Assembly (NCBI GenBank): GCA_951804945.1
Contig: OX638149.1
Span: 23,002,001 to 23,066,000, forward strand
Length of the DNA: 64,000 nt
Source of the DNA: Podarcis cretensis
Lineage: Eukaryota
Direction of reading: 5' to 3'
The number at the start of each line of letters is the position of its first letter. The stretch's first letter is position 1. The notes beneath the pieces are model-generated. The model worked only from the letters and a program-made list of their open reading frames with translations, was not told where the DNA came from and did no database searches. Of this stretch, positions 37,673-50,790 are shown piece after piece. The position numbers and the translations under genes were made by a program.

Positions 37673-39029
37673 AAGCTCTTCTATTTACCAGCTTAAGAAA
37701 GCTGGAGGGGCCAGCCAGATGGAGATGTCAGTCGCCAGCCTAGCATCCAGAAATCTCCACATGGTCGGAGTTGGACCCACGCCAGTAGCAAAATGCACCT
37801 GGCGCCTGGCTAATTTCTAACACTTGGAGGGAAGGAGATCATGACTGTAAGACAAGGCAGAGATATGACTGCCCTAGAGCTGTAAATCAGGGGTAGGGAA
37901 CCTGTAGCCTTCCAGATATTGGATTCCAACTTCCATTTCCCCTGACTGTTGCCCATGCAGACTGGAACTGGTGAGAGTTGGGGCCCAAGAACAACTGGAG
38001 TCCCCATCCCTGCTAAAATTAATTCAACAGCAGATTTTTCTTTTAACAAAGAAAGCCGATTAGGGTTTTTTTGTTTTTTTTTTGCCTCCTTTGGTTTTCA
38101 AAGGTGAAATTTGTGCATTTCAGTTAGAAGAAGGCTACATCAGAATTATAAAGCATCTGTGAATACCGTAATTTAGAAACCAAATCAAAATAGTTGTCCT
38201 TCACAGTGATCACATTTTCTTACTGTTTGGTGTAAGAAATTAGTGGACGTAAGCAGCCAAGAATGCACTGCCTTTTTCATTTGATTTTTTTATTTTGCAC
38301 TGGAATATGCACTAGTAAATCAGTGAATACATTTTGTTAATTGGCAGTGTAAAGAACTTTCAGAAACACCTTAAGTGTATCGGCCATCAGTTTGTTGCTA
38401 TTTTCTCCATTTGAAAGCATAATAAAAATATGTAACGGGGGTGGTTAGGGACATATGTCACTCTTCAAAAATGACTTCATGGTTGGTGATTTCTACCCTC
38501 ATCTTGTTGCCAGCTTGCTTATTATAAACATCTAATAGCCTGACATGCTTCAGATAATATAGAAATAAAAATAATGTATACTATGGTTGTATGTTTATAC
38601 TGATTGATTGATTTGATAGCAAATACTGGGTGATATTCAGCTATGTTTTAGTCAGAGTGGAACCCTTGAAATGAATGGACCTAACCCTGCTAATTAATTC
38701 CAGTGTTTGATAAAACCTAGTAGAATACCTCTCACTGTCTTTCAGTATTGAGATTTTCAGTTATTATTTTATAGATTTCTAGTTTGTATTTGAATGATTA
38801 GTTGTCATCCTAAGAAGCCAATGTTAAGATTCCAATATTTAAAATAGCGGCAAAAACAATTAACAACAATAAAATAATCTAGAATAAAATGGTTCTTTAA
38901 AATGACAGCCATAAAACCATCTGAATGTAGACTAAAATAATAATAATAAATATTTGGATCTTTACTAAAGGACAGTCTGATGGGGGGGTATGAATTTTCT
39001 TGGAGATTGCATCAGACCTTTCAATGATG

Positions 39030-39600
39030 ATGATAAATAATTTATTATTTATACCTGGCGCATCTACCTAATACATTAAAACATCAGTCATTAAAAACTT
39101 CCCTAAAGAGGGCTGCTTTCAGATGTCTTCTAAACGTCAGATAGTTGTTTATCTCTTTGACATCTGATGGGAGGTCATTCCACAGGGCGAGTGCCACTAC
39201 CGAGAAGGCCCTCTGCCTGGTTCCCTGTAATTTGGCTTCTCGCAGTGAGGGAACTGCCAGAAGGCCCTTGGCGCTGAATCTCAGTGTCCGGGCTAAATGA
39301 TGGCGGTGGAGACGCTCCTTCAGGTATACAGTGGTACCTCGGGTTAAGTACTTAATTCTTTCCGGAGGTCCGTTCTTAACCTGAAACTGTTCTTAACTTG
39401 AAGCACCACTTTAGCTAATGGGGCCTCTCGCTGCCGCCGCACCACTGGAACACGATTTCTGTTCTCATCCTGAAGCAAAGTTCTTAACCTGAGGTACTAT
39501 TTCTGGGTTAGCGGAGTCTGTAATCTGAAGCGTATGTAACCTGAAGCGTATGTAACCTGAGGTACCACTGTGCTGGGCCAAGGCTGTTTAGGGCTTTAAA
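39030..39600 (-). mobile_element. L2-type LINE 3' fragment with nested MITE
   Basis: Colinear with 10165-10520 and interrupted at a TA site by the MITE at 39329-39570. Confidence 0.8.
39329..39570 (-). mobile_element. pogo/Tigger-like MITE, family 1
   Basis: TA-CAGTGGTACCTC...GAGGTACCACTG-TG, opposite orientation to the copy at 14809. Confidence 0.85.
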
Positions 39601-39880
39601 ACTGGCCATAGGATGTCCTCTTTCTTCTGAACTTGGAGTAGAAACATTCAAGTCTGCAAAAGTTCCATTCACTGGGTTGGCCATGCTCCTAAAAATCTGC
39701 CGTTCATGTCTAGAAAGTTTAGAATGACATTATTGTCCTGCATCTGTATGTAATGTCAGGTCATAGACAGTTCAGTTTTCCCCAGCCTGGAATATGCTGT
39801 TTCTTTAAAAAGAAACTAAGGCAGTAACTGAATTTAATTTCTTAATAAATAACTGTATTTTTCTATCTTTTCTTTTTCAG

Positions 39881-39905
39881 GAAAAGAGGGATAGAAGTTA
39901 TACAG
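39881..39905 (+). CDS. ITPK1: ITPK1 second coding exon, 25-nt microexon ((R)KRGIEVIQ)
   Basis: Polypyrimidine tract plus TTTTCAG| acceptor, branch-point-like CTTAAT at 39841, donor CAG|GTGAGT. Joins in phase to the previous exon to give LCR-KRGIEVIQ, matching ITPK1 LCRKRGMEVVQ. Confidence 0.95.
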
Positions 39906-40498
39906 GTGAGTACAATTGTTTTCCCGTCCCCCAATTCTTTAAAGGGGTTTCCTTTCTAAATCTCTTTATCTATATTTGGTACCACTGCCTTTCAAGTTTT
40001 CCTTGCTTTGGGGTGGCGGACTTGTACTTCTAATGCTGGATTGCAGATAGGTTTCATTATGCCATAGTATTGCAATTATGGGGTGGAAGAAGGCATTGCA
40101 AAACAACAACAACACATGGTTTCCAGAGCACACTGCATTGCTTTTGGCACTCAAATTATGAGAACAAACGTAGGAAGCACCTAGTGCAATTCTCAGTATT
40201 TCCTTCTGGCTCCACCTATTTGTAGCCAAATCATGCCCTCCAGTAGCCTTTTAAAAAGAGGGTCTAGGGGGGTAGCCTGCCTCTGCCCCCCTGTAATCCA
40301 GGTAATATGGTTATTCCCCCTATCCTGCCTTTCTTTTGTAATGTGATGAAACACACAATGGGTTGTGTGTCTTATTACTCCGTGTGATGGGGAGAAGAGG
40401 AGATATTAGGCAGAACGTCGCAGGAGAAACCATCTGTTGTTGGCAGTGCCTTATCTACACCCAAAGGGTGATATTCATTGTTAGTCATACTCTGAGCA

Positions 40499-41042
40499 TG
40501 TCAGCATCGCCCTTGAGCCAGTGCCACTAACTGGACTCATCCACTTCAACCCCGACTGGGCTAGGCGAGATGGGTAGCACTTCCAGAGACCGCCTTCTGC
40601 ACAGGAACAGGTCAAAGTGCTGTGGACTCACAGCTTAGTGTTGTGAGCACCGGATTCACTCCCACAAGAAGACAGTCATCGCACAGCAGAGTATAGCAGA
40701 GTATAGCAGAGTATAGCAGAGCATAAACGACTCGGAGAGCAGCTCTGTAGAATATCTTCTTTATTCTATCTACAACTATAATACAACTATATACAGAGCT
40801 AAATGAGGTCTAAGCATAAATGAATGCTGAACTGCACTGAGTGTCTGCAGCTGCTCTTAGCAGCAACCTTATCTAAACACACGATCTCTAACACTCAGTC
40901 TCTCTCCGACACACTGACTGACTGACACTTTGATGTGGTGCTGGAGCGGAATAAGTAGAGAGGAGAAAACCGCCCCTCCTCTCTGGAGAATCACCAGACT
41001 CATCAGCAGATTCTTGGATATGGGAGGGGTGAAATCTCCTCA
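40499..41042 (-). mobile_element. Solo LTR, 544 bp
   Basis: TG...CA termini, perfect 5-bp TSD GAGCA (40494-40498, 41043-41047), minus-strand AATAAA near 40760, internal AGCAGAGTAT tandem repeats. Splits an older palindromic element (40466-41135, GGGTGAT...ATCACCC). Confidence 0.8.
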
Positions 41043-41658
41043 GAGCAAAGGCATCAAAATCAGTGGATTTAAGGTGTTGAAGTCCATTGACTTCCATGAG
41101 TCTACTCTGAGTATGATTGATGTTGGAGATCACCCAAAGACTTAAGGGAAGGGAAAACCCCCATATTATTAATGAATGCACAAAATGTGCCAGTGGAAAG
41201 AACAGAAAACGAAATACTCAACAATGCGCTGTTATAAATGTCTTCAAGCATCTGGACTTGGCTAATGTCAGAAGGTCTACAGTGCTTTATAACCCGTTGC
41301 CCTGACTCAGTAGGAGTCACCCGGTGAAGTTTGCTTTAATTAAAAATTGTAATCCTTGGCTCCAGTCATCCAACTAATTCTTGGAGCTCAAAAATAGGGC
41401 AGCAGTGTCTCACTGAATGAAGAATCCAGATCCATGACTAATATTGATCAGGTAGAGATGGTGTACAATGACTGGTGTCGGTTCTTTTTCTTCTGCATTC
41501 CAGCGACATTAGTGCAAAGCAAAGGTTTTGCTGAGAAGGGATGGAGTATATTTTTTTTCAGTGCCTCGTAGTAAAAAAAGCTTCCATTATCGCTAGTGAA
41601 TCCTGTTTGAAGATTATTATTCAAGAACAAAATTTTGTACTTCAGAATAAGTGTAATA

Positions 41659-41884
41659 CAGTGGTACCTCAGGTTAAGAACTTAATTCATTCTGGAGATC
41701 CGTTCTTAACCTGAAACTGTTCTTAACCTGAGGTACCACTTTAGCTAATGGGGCTTCCCGCTGCCACTGCACCGCCGGAGCACGATTTCTGTTCTCATCC
41801 TGAAGCAAAGTTTTTAACCTGAGGTACTACTTCCGGGTTAGCGGAGTCTGTAACCTGAAGTGTCTGTAACCTGAGGTACCACTG
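41659..41884 (-). mobile_element. pogo/Tigger-like MITE, family 1
   Basis: TA-CAGTGGTACCTCAGGTTA...TAACCTGAGGTACCACTG-TA. Confidence 0.87.
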
Positions 41885-44800
41885 TAGTCACAAAAGCATA
41901 GGGAGGAGATGCTTACAGTTGCTTGCGGAACTGGAGATGCTACTTGGATAAAATCACCAGAAGAAATGGCTAAAGCTTTTCTTGCTTTCAATTCAGAGGG
42001 GCTAGTTTTATGAGAATCTACCTACAGTGTGTTTTCATGGAAGAACATCCTTCCCACTCTGCAAACGGGGCCCTGTGCACCTTGCCAGCTTCTTGCTGCT
42101 CATTCACTCAAAAGATATCTCAGGGTTAGGCTCAGGTGTGTCATACGGGAACTTGATTTTCCTCTCTTCCCAAAATGGATAGCAAAACCTCAGATTATTA
42201 TTGCATAAGGATAAATGAATTGCTTTTGTCAAATTGCTCATAACCTGTTGCAACATTTCATGGCAGAACAATTTTATGTGTTCAGAGAGGCGGTGCTGGT
42301 ACCTTATCAGTGCAGATCACTGTTCCTCTCGAACAGGAATTTATGAAATCTCAAATCTAGGAGCAGAAGCAGCAAGTGCCACTTTTCAGTTTGGATTGGC
42401 GTTTCTGTGTAAATGCACATACCAAGAATACATTTCAAAGAGGTTGCTGAAAATGCTGAGAAATCAAAATAGGATGGATTAAAATTGAAACTTGCAACTC
42501 AGCTTAAAGTTGTAACAGGAATATATTAATAGATACTATTCTTAAAGATTTATCTGTTTTTACTTAACATGCTGTGCTTCCATCAGAAATATGACCCATC
42601 GGAACATATAGGAATCAGAGTATTTGTCTATCTAAGCTCAAAATGCTCTGAACACAGATTGGCAGGTTCTCTGTAGAATTTCAGATGGGTGTTTTCCAGT
42701 CCTAGTAGAGATGGCAAGGGTTAAAAAGGGTACCCTTTGCATGTAAAGCAGCCCTTTCCCAAGCTGATGCCCTCTAGATAATGTCCAACTGCAGCTCCCA
42801 CCAGTCCTCACCCGCATGGCCAACAGCTGGGATTATGGGAGTTTTATTCCAACAATATCTAGAGGGCACCAGTTTGGGGAAGGCTTACGTAAAGCATGTG
42901 TTCTACCCCCGAGTTATGGCTTCTCCTCAAGGCAGCTTCTAAAATTCATATATAACTCAGGCAAACTAAAAACATCACAGAGGCATGCAAAAGTGCAGAG
43001 GATCAGTCTAAATAGCCTTCTCTGCTAATAAAGAAAAATTAACTGGCCAGTCCAAAGAGGGAGATTCTTATCAAGCAGGTGCTGTTAAGACAGCTCTTGC
43101 ACATAAAAATAGTCTTGCTTTTGGTGATGAATTTGAACAACATTTTTGTTGTTGCCACAGTTGTAGTCTTAATTTGGGATTCCTTCCCTGCTAAATTAGC
43201 AGATGTGCCCTTTTAAATGGTGTTCCAGTTCTAGCTTGATCTAGATGTGTCAACTCTGTAATGCACGTCCTTCCGTCATAAGAACAGCCCTGCTTGGATC
43301 AGGCCAGAAGTCCATCTACGTCCATCCATCCTGTTCTCTCTGTGGCCAACTGGATGCCTATAGGATTCCAAACCTGAGTACCAGAATGCTATCCCCAGTT
43401 GTTACTGGTATTCAAAGACACAAGGCCTCCAACAGTGGACACAAAACTTAGACATTGTGGCTAGTAGCCACTGATAGCCATTTCATCCATTAAATTGGTT
43501 TCAGCTTCTTCTAAAACCATCCAAGTTAGAAGCCATGACTACTTCTTGTGGAAGCAAATTCCAGAGGTTAACTACATGCTGGATGAAGAAGTGCTTTCTT
43601 TTGTCTTCCAACATTCAGCTTCATTGGATATCTTCTTTGTGAACAGCCCCACCCCACCCCGCCATTGTGTGCAGCATTGGCCAATGAAAGCTTTCTGTTA
43701 TCTTTAAATGCAAAATAGGTTATAGTTCAGTCGCAGCCCATGAGACAGGAGAAAAAAACTTGGCCAACGCTCTGCAGTATTGAATATACTATGCCTGCTT
43801 GGCTTGTGCAAATATTTGTTCTCATGATACGGCACCGCTTCATAAATCTCTACTAAGCTTGTGACACAAAATTGCTGGTCACAATTGGAAGACGTCGTTT
43901 TTCTGCTGAGGAACCGTTCTGCATGCTGTGGGTGGAAATGCTGGAGGTTGCTGTACAGCACACCGAGAGGATTTAATTGGGTATTTTCACACCAGTTACT
44001 TCTGAAAATGGTCAACTCTTTAACTGTGGTTCATGTACCCTGTCACGTACCCTGGCTCTAGATCACGATATCCCGGTCTTAGTGAAGTGGTAGGGGGTGC
44101 ATTTGTGTTAAGCAGTAGGCTTGCATTTGTTCCAGGATTATATCCTCCTGATCTATGCTTAGGAGAAGCCGGCAGTGGCGGCTGCTGACAACAACTACAG
44201 TTCCGTATGTCTGCAGTCCTCTATTCTGTGTAGCCTGCTAATACTGTATGCGGGTTTACTTAGAAAAACTTGCTGTTTTAAAAACCAAAACACTGAGGGT
44301 GTGATCTGCTTGTACTGGCATCGTACCACCCTTGTACAGAAGCGGTGGTGGCACCCAGATTGTGGAACACCCTCCTCGTAGATGCATGATTTGCACTGAC
44401 ACTACAATCCTTTCAGTGCCAGATTAAAACTTCTATTTGTGTGTGTTTGCCTGGACGTTTTTAAGCATCGGTTATGCCGTCCAAGTGGCTGCTTCTGTTT
44501 CTTTATCTGTTTAGAAATGGTATAACTAGTTTAGTTATGCCCATTTCACATCGCTGTGCTATCCATGTAGGGGTGAATAACAGTTTGTAAAAGTATTAGT
44601 TACAAATTTAAAATAAAAAAAGATTAAAATAATGCTACATAGAGGATTGTCCCCCCCCAAAAAAAAACCTTTGCATACACATCATCATCACCTTCATTGA
44701 ATTGATATCTGAATCACCCTCCACAAATATGTCCCAAGGCAATTTATGGACATACTCCTAAAAACAGTGCTCCCATTTTACTGTTGCTGGGTTGTTGGTT

Positions 44801-47745
44801 TTTTGTTTTTTTTAAAAAAAACAACACAGTGAAAATCTCCATCCTTTTAAAACAGCTGGATTCACCAGAAAGCTTCGAGGAAGCGAGTTTATCTTTAGCC
44901 AAAGTCAAGATACCGATGAAAACAGTTTGCACTAATTGTTGCCAGGCAACGGTTATTTTTGTAAAATGTTGAGGGCTTTACTTTTGTGTGAAACATTAGT
45001 AGAATAAGCAAAGAACAGCAGAATATATCCAAGGAAAGGGAGCTTATAAAATACATATCGTATACATAGAGACTCGTCTGGAAGCCCTCCAAGCCAAGCA
45101 CAGTTTGAAGGATGTTGGTGAACTGTCTCCCTAGGATCAGGGAAATGGTATTTACTTTTCTTTGCCTGCGTGCCAGTGGCTTACGAGAAAAAGGCACTTT
45201 TTTCTAGGATAGTTCAACTCTGGCTTCAGTGCCTAATAATGATGATGATGATGAAGATGATGATGTTAACAGCATTTATATTCTACCCTTTAGCCGAAAA
45301 GGCTCTTAGAGTGACTTACAAAACTCCATTCTAAGACAGTCCCTGCAGGGCATACAAGGAAATAAGACTGGGAGGGAGGAGGAGAAAGCAAGCTCAGACG
45401 CACATTTTAAAGTTACAACCATTGTCAGTGGTCATTCCTGGTGGGTTGTCCTTGAATAGAGAGCAGCCCTTCTCCAGAAACAACCCACCATCGGATCCGA
45501 GTGGAGCTGGTGACCAAATCCAGGTCAGGAGAACAGATAAGCTCCTCCCAGAGTCCTTCTCTCAGACAGCTGTCTCAATGGCAGTTAGAATCCTCACAGG
45601 AGGGGGTTGATGACATTAACTCTTCCTTTCATGCCATTGGCCAACATATTGGGGGTATCCAGGTGGCAACCATTTCGTGCCGGGGTTCCATTCCTGGCTC
45701 CCTTGCCTGACCCTGTTCTGCCCTTGGTGGCTGTGCGTCGGTTGGACACACACAAAATGGTCGCCACCTGTAGACGGTATACATGCCCCAGAAAGCTTGA
45801 CTTTAACAAATGAATAGGCTTCTCAACTTTGCGTAAGGTTGCTGCAACCATTTTTCACTCTCTTGTGCCACCTCGCATCCATCTTCCCAAAGACAAAAGC
45901 CCACAGGGTTGTGTTATATCCCACAACCTTCAGCATGAATGCTGTACTGGCAGTTAACAAGAAGATGAAAAAGAATGCAAGCATGCCGTAAATTGGCAGA
46001 AGGCAACAAATAAAATGCAACCAACAACTCCTCATTTGTTTATTTATCAGAATTTGAGAACAGGGGTATATGGCATATTATTGTGTGTGTGTTTGTGTGT
46101 GTGTTTTTAAAAGGGCTATCCCAGGAGCTTTGTGTATTGTGGTTCTTTAGGAGAATAGAATGTGGTGGTGCCTCAGTCTGGATTCTCAGCTTTGTTTTAA
46201 AGTTTCTTAAAATAGCATTTTAGGATTGTGTGGACATTTTAGGAAAGTGTGTGTGTTATCATCTTCAATCTAAGAAACAGAGTGGTGGCAAAACAAAATT
46301 TACTGTGGTTAAAAATTAAATTGCATAATAAAAATTAAGCAAAAGAGCAAATATTTTGGGATGAAGTGTGCAAAATATCCTCATGTATATGGGTTGCAGA
46401 GTCTCATTTTCCTTGGTGCAGAATGAGTTGCCTGGGAGCAGAATTTTATTTTTTAAAGACAGAATGCTTACAGCTCCTTCTCTCCCATAGTCTCTGTACA
46501 AGCAGAAGATGGTAAAATGGTCCTTGAATTTTTCAGATGTTGCTACAGCCACAAGGCATGGAGAGTGAAAAATGAAAATGATGCACACTGTTCTTTTCTT
46601 CATACAAGTTTTCAGAAGTTCCAAAGTGTGATCTGCCCTTCGCTATAAACAGCACTGAAACATCTGGTCTGTAGTAGCTAAGGGGAACATGCAGATAGAC
46701 CCCAAAGACCTCATGCTTGAAAACAGGAATACTGTCATTGGTTTTGCTTTTTAAGGAACAGATGCCTCTTTCTCTGATGTTTGACCCACCCTAAAAGTTC
46801 TCAGTAGCAAATAGATGAAGAAATAATAAAGGGTCAATGCCGTTGTGGTTGTAAAATGGGAAATCACCTTGGTGACTGACTGATCCAGGGGGCAATGCAG
46901 GACAGTTAAACTATCAATATTTTTCAGACAATTCATTAGTTTGCATGTATGTGCTGCAAATTGAATGGTTCCAAATAGGTTAGAACTTAGTGGTACTACT
47001 TGTGCAACCTGCTCCTGCTCTCCTTATCTTCCTCATCCCCAAGGCGGAAGTTATCACGGAGCTAGGATAACTTTCAGTTCAAACACAATGGATTCATTCA
47101 CCCCATAATGGAAATTCTTAGGCCATTCTTCCAGTATGCCAAAGAGTCATTACTTCAGTTGTTAGCAGAGGCTCCCAATTCTTGCCCCTCTCATTGACCA
47201 ACACACTAATGCCAGACAAAAGGTAGTTATTTATAGTGGCTTTGAAAGAATCCGCTGAAGAATGGATAGAAAAGACATCATTGAGGGAAACTGATAGGAT
47301 ATAGGATCATATTATAAGGAAAACCAAAAAGAAGAACGTTGACTGGTTGTGCAAATAAAGGAAAGCTTTTAAGTCTTGTTGACAGAAGCATGGAGCCTTG
47401 TGGTTTAAATGCATGCAAAATAGTTAGCTGCTATAAAAACATTTTATAGAAAACTCTTAACGTACCCAGTAGGTGTTGCCTTGCAAGGGGAAGGGCCATC
47501 ACGCTACTAGAACCCAAATCTAATGAAACTGAATGTTGGAAGAGTTAGGACAGACCCTGCAAGATGTAATGATGATCACCAACATGGATTGATTTGCATA
47601 AGACAGTGTGCTAGACATCTCCCCGGAGGCTGTATTGGTAGCAGCATCAAGATCAGTGTGACAATTTTGTCCTCAAAGTGCCTAGCAAACTTATCGCAGC
47701 AGGCCTTTGATGGTTACAGTGCCCCACAAAGTAAGGCAGGTAGTA

Positions 47746-47987
47746 CAGTTTTACCTCGGGTTAAGTACTTAATTCGTTCCGGAGGTCCATTCTTAACCTG
47801 AAACTGTTCTTAACCCGAAGCACCACTTTAGCTGATGGAGCCTCCTCCTGCTGCTGTGCCACCGGAGCACGATTTCTGTTCTCATCCTGAAGCAAAGTTC
47901 TTAACCTGAAGCACTATTTCTGGGTTAGCAGAGTCTGTAACCTGAAGCGTATGTAACCTGAAGTGTATGTAACCCGAGGTACCACTG
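47746..47987 (-). mobile_element. pogo/Tigger-like MITE, family 1
   Basis: TA-CAGTTTTACCTCGGGTTA...TAACCCGAGGTACCACTG-TA. Confidence 0.85.
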
Positions 47988-50494
47988 TACCAGGTTTCCT
48001 ACCACCCAAAAGAGCTCTGCTGGGTGGCTTCTTGAGGACACAGTGGAAACAGCAACATGGACCTTTTTTGCTGCAAGCATCACTATCTGATAGTTTCGGC
48101 TGTGCTTTTTAATGACTGTTCGGTCAGCTTCACACTGAGTTTTGCGCCACTTCCTCTCTAACTGTAGCCTCTCCTGCTTCCTTGCTAAAACTTTGGGTTG
48201 TGCAGAAGGAATGGTGTTAATTGGCAGAGTACCCGTAAAGAAAGAATTTAAGCATCCTCAGACAACACCACCCATGCCAGGTTTATCGAAGATGAGAAGT
48301 TGCTGCTAGAGCCTTCCGGACAATGCTGGTGCATAAGAAGTTTAAAAAAGCTGTTTATAATTTGAGTCAGTTAAGCAAGCAGTGCGCCCTTGGTGTGCTC
48401 CATTTAAAGAACAGTACTGTAAAAGTAACATAAGGATGAACACTTCTGATCTCAGTATCTTCTGCATTTGTTCCCATTTGTGATCTCTGCAAACAGGACG
48501 GCTATCAAGTCAAGTGCTATTTATGAGGGGTTATGCTAAGGCTTTTCATTTTGATTAAAACCAATATTGAACATAGTAGGTTGTAAATGTTAATTTCCCT
48601 TGACTCCCGGTGGATTGAGGTTTCTGCACCTTTCTTTATTGGAGCTCTCAAGGTGGAGCTCTCAAGGCCTTGTGTGCATGCATTTCCAAATGGTGACATA
48701 GCAACCGGGTATTCTGCAATGATGGACAACATGGCAAGAGCAAGGGTGGGTGATGAAAACCTGACACTTAAAAAGAAACATCTCCATTTGGTTAACAGAA
48801 GTAAAAATTCGCTTGAAGTAAAAGTAAAAAAATAAATAAATGCTTGACTTGGGTTTTAAAAGTTGTGCATTTGGTATTCCTCAAATGTCATTGAAACATA
48901 ACTTCTTATAGTCTGCTTATTATTTTCCCTGTCTCTTCACCACAATTTTTCAAGTTTTTCGCCGCAGTGTGTAAACACTGGGCGATAGTAGCCGGAGCTG
49001 TATACAACCTCAAGGAGGCCTTGCTTTGATCATCAGGGTTTTAACTAAATCCAGCATGACATACTAGGCAGAGATTGAGCCAAAGCAGATCGTCAACAAG
49101 CCAGCTCTTATAGGAATCCATGGGGTGGGTTGATGAGTGTGTGTGGGAAGGATCCTTTGTTAATTGGTGTTTGTATGTTTTGTTTTGTTTTTAGATGAGC
49201 CTTACTAACATTACTAAGGCAAAACATTTGGTCAAATGAAGGGTAGATCACCAGACATGTGGATAAGTAGGTTAGAAAAACCTGTTTCAAGCCATGATTT
49301 CCCTAATATCGAGTCCAGTAGGCTGCTCCTATTGTTGCATGAGTTGAAGTTGCACATGCATAACAGGACTTCCCCCCTTTTCTCCTAACCATTATTTCGT
49401 TTGTATATGCACAGCATGGAATAGATGAACAAAAACATAATTCAGCCAAAATGAAAGACTTTCTTTTGTTGGAAACCTATGGATTGCAAGTTTTAAGCAG
49501 TTCATTTAATCTCTCCTATTGAACGTGCTAAGCTTCGTTGGATTGTTCCCAAAGACTTTTGTTTACAATTAATAAAAAGTCTCCAAGGGCATGCTGATCT
49601 AGTTCTTCTCTTTGCTCCAGCACAACAATGTTGTCCAAAGAGGATCTAATAAAAAAAAAATCCAGTGGTAGATTTATTATAATAGATTTATTGTAAACAA
49701 TACCCTTTGCTTTCTTGATCTTAATCCTGATTGTCCACCTGTGGAAGCCTGTATTTTGGCAGCCGTTGCTATGTTTTTTTAATATCTATCTATCCCCATT
49801 CTAGTGTATATGTATCACTTGGGGCAGAAAAACAACATAGAATATTACAAAAGACAGAGGGCAACAGGTAGAAAATTATTAAAGTCTTATAAAATAGAAG
49901 CCTGTTGGAATACAAAGCTATTAAATTGCTGTCAAAGGACACTGAGAGAGGGTGCCAGCTGCATTTAACGTGGCAAGGTTTTCCATAATCTGGATGCAGC
50001 CACTGAAAAGGTTCTCTCTCATTTTGTGTCGTCATAGTTGGGGGTCATCCCCCCCCAAAAAAAATTATTATGGGTGGAAACCATGGTAACAAATTTTCCT
50101 GTTACCTCATGATGATGAGCAGAAGTAGTGCCACCATCCTTCCTGTTCAGTATTTGTTCACTTTACTATAATGGATTGCAGTCTCACTCTGAGTGCTGTT
50201 TCTCATCCCTTGAGAATGCCAGAAGAACCAAAGCTAGGGAAACGTGGGTGTGGGTGTGTCTGTCTGTCTGTCTGTCTGTCCGTCCGTCCATCTAAAGTTG
50301 GCTTGAAGCTGGAAATAGGTTCTCCTTGGTGTAGAGGCCACCTGGGCATCCTGTGACAATGTTGGGTCCAGGAGTTCCCCCAGGGGAGGAACTCAGGGGA
50401 CAATGTTGTTCCCCCAGGGGAGTGCAGCTCCTTCCAAAACAGGCCATCCCCCTACCTCCCACAAATGAGAATTTGGGAGTCACTGAGGGGGGAG

Positions 50495-50790
50495 AATGGA
50501 AGCTCTGAAGTACAGTGTCTTGAACCCACACCTCCCTTAGCCACTCCAGAAAGATGTTGTGGTCAAGTGCATTGAAAGCAGCTGAAAAGTCAAGGAGAAA
50601 AAGCAAGGTTGCTTTCCTTCCAACAAATCAGTCAGGCTGACCAAGGCAGTTTCAGTGCCATAACTGAGCCTGAAGCTGGACTGAAATGGATCCAGACATA
50701 CCTGAATCTGTGCCACCACAACCCTCTCAAGCACCTTGCTCAGAAAGGGGTTATTTGCCACTGGGTGAGTTGTTTAATGTTCTGGGTCCC
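50495..50790 (-). mobile_element. Decayed L2/CR1-group reverse transcriptase fragment
   Basis: Frameshifted minus-strand translations PFLSKVLERVV..LDPFQSSFR..GTETAL and LLDFSAAFNALDHNI match non-LTR RT motifs. Confidence 0.8.

Noticed and set aside
45823-46035. 70-aa hydrophobic minus-strand ORF resembling a small membrane protein
   Set aside because: No recognisable homology or supporting gene structure. Hydrophobic ORFs arise by chance on T-rich strands.
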